NCBI GenBank assembly: GCA_035084275.1
Contig: CM068744.1
Coordinates: forward strand, 21,266,001-21,330,000
DNA from: Hydrolagus colliei
Taxonomy: Eukaryota
Reading direction: 5' to 3'
DNA: 64,000 nt
The notes beneath the pieces are model-generated. The model saw only the letters and a list, made by a program, of their open reading frames with translations, was not told where the DNA came from and did no database searches. Positions within the stretch are counted from its first letter, which is position 1. Every line of letters begins with the position of its first letter. Both the position numbers and the translations under genes were made by a program. Shown in pieces: positions 63,141-64,000 of this stretch.

Positions 63141-63424
63141 GACAAGTAAATGCCCAAGGTTTTGCTCTGCCTGGAATAGACATGACTGATAATAATCCCT
63201 CCAAAAAACAATAATAAATTGGTTACTTTAATCCATGACTGCTATGCACACTTGGCTGCTGTGTTTTGCCCACAATATACAGTCAATTTACTTTACAGTA
63301 CATTCTGTGAAGTACTTTGCAATGTCTAGAAGACGTGAAAAACGCTATATCAAATGCAAGGATTATTATTACTATTATAATTATGTATTGTGCCCCAAAA
63401 CTGAACCCAGTACACTAGCTAAGG

Positions 63425-64000
63425 CTTAAAGGTTTTTCGTAAAGGTTCATCATAACTTCCCGACTTTTGTATTCTATGCCCCTATTTATAAAGCCTAGCA
63501 TCCCGTATGCTTTTACTACCTGTCCTGTCACCTTCAAATATTTACTTATATGAACCCCCAGGACTCTTCTTTCCTTCTCCCTCGTTAAGATCCTACCATC
63601 TATACTGCCTCTCCTCATTCTTCCTCCTCAAATGCATCACTTCACCTTTATCCACATTGAACTTCATCTACCACGTGTCTGCTCATTTTACCAGCCTGTC
63701 TCCATCCTGCTACAATCTGCTACTACCCTTCTCAATGTTTACTACCTTTCCTAGGTTTGTAGCATCTGCAAACTTGGAAATTGTATTCCCTATACCCAAA
63801 TCCAGGTCATTTATATGGGTCAAAAACAGCAGTGGGCCGAATACCGACCTCGGGGGACACCACTGTACACTTCCCTCCAGGCAGAAAAACAACTGATCAC
63901 CATCATTCCCTGCTTTCTGTCTTCCAGCCAGTTCTGTATCCATGCTGCCATTGCCCCTTTAATACCATGGGCTTTTAATTTGCTTACAAGTCTTTTAAGT
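63425..64000 (-). mobile_element. CR1 RT-domain fragment, runs off the window
   Basis: SVFGPLLFLTHINDLDLGIGNTISKFADATNLG and KAYGMLGFINRGIEYKSREVMMNLY. Confidence 0.92.

Larger units (their letters stand above)
46221..64000 (+). other. KLHL29: Probable KLHL29 intron after the first coding exon
   Basis: Starts with GT donor; the next KLHL29 exon was not recognised in the window. Confidence 0.65.

Overview
Vertebrate intronic DNA. The repeat content (L2 and CR1 LINEs, DeuSINE-type SINEs, shark-type Penelope-derived palindromes) points to a cartilaginous fish, probably a chimaera such as the elephant shark; that species call is inference. The only host coding sequence I can support is one + strand exon (45916-46220) with the start codon and first 88 codons of KLHL29 (MSRHHSRYERDYRSGWD...RPGLLPLP...). 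The rest of the window is most simply its two large flanking introns. Nearly all other ORF-track entries are LINE fragments, antisense shadows or low-complexity artefacts. I found no new multi-gene system. The best leads are: (i) four copies of a short Penelope-like element whose combined consensus is a minimal type-I hammerhead ribozyme, one collapsed into a 48-bp hairpin 460 nt upstream of the exon; (ii) three DNA transposons inserted into one SINE at 32.4-35.2 kb (a hAT inside a Tigger-like element, plus a second Tigger-like element) that together carry CpG-rich DNA with NRF1/YY1/ETS motifs; (iii) a hAT MITE family with TATCGATA-rich ends; (iv) a Pbx/Meis palindrome; (v) a covarying 3' stem-loop shared by L2s and SINEs; (vi) several local template-switch scars. 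Boundaries of old repeats are approximate (tens of bp). TSD, TIR and exon coordinates were read directly.
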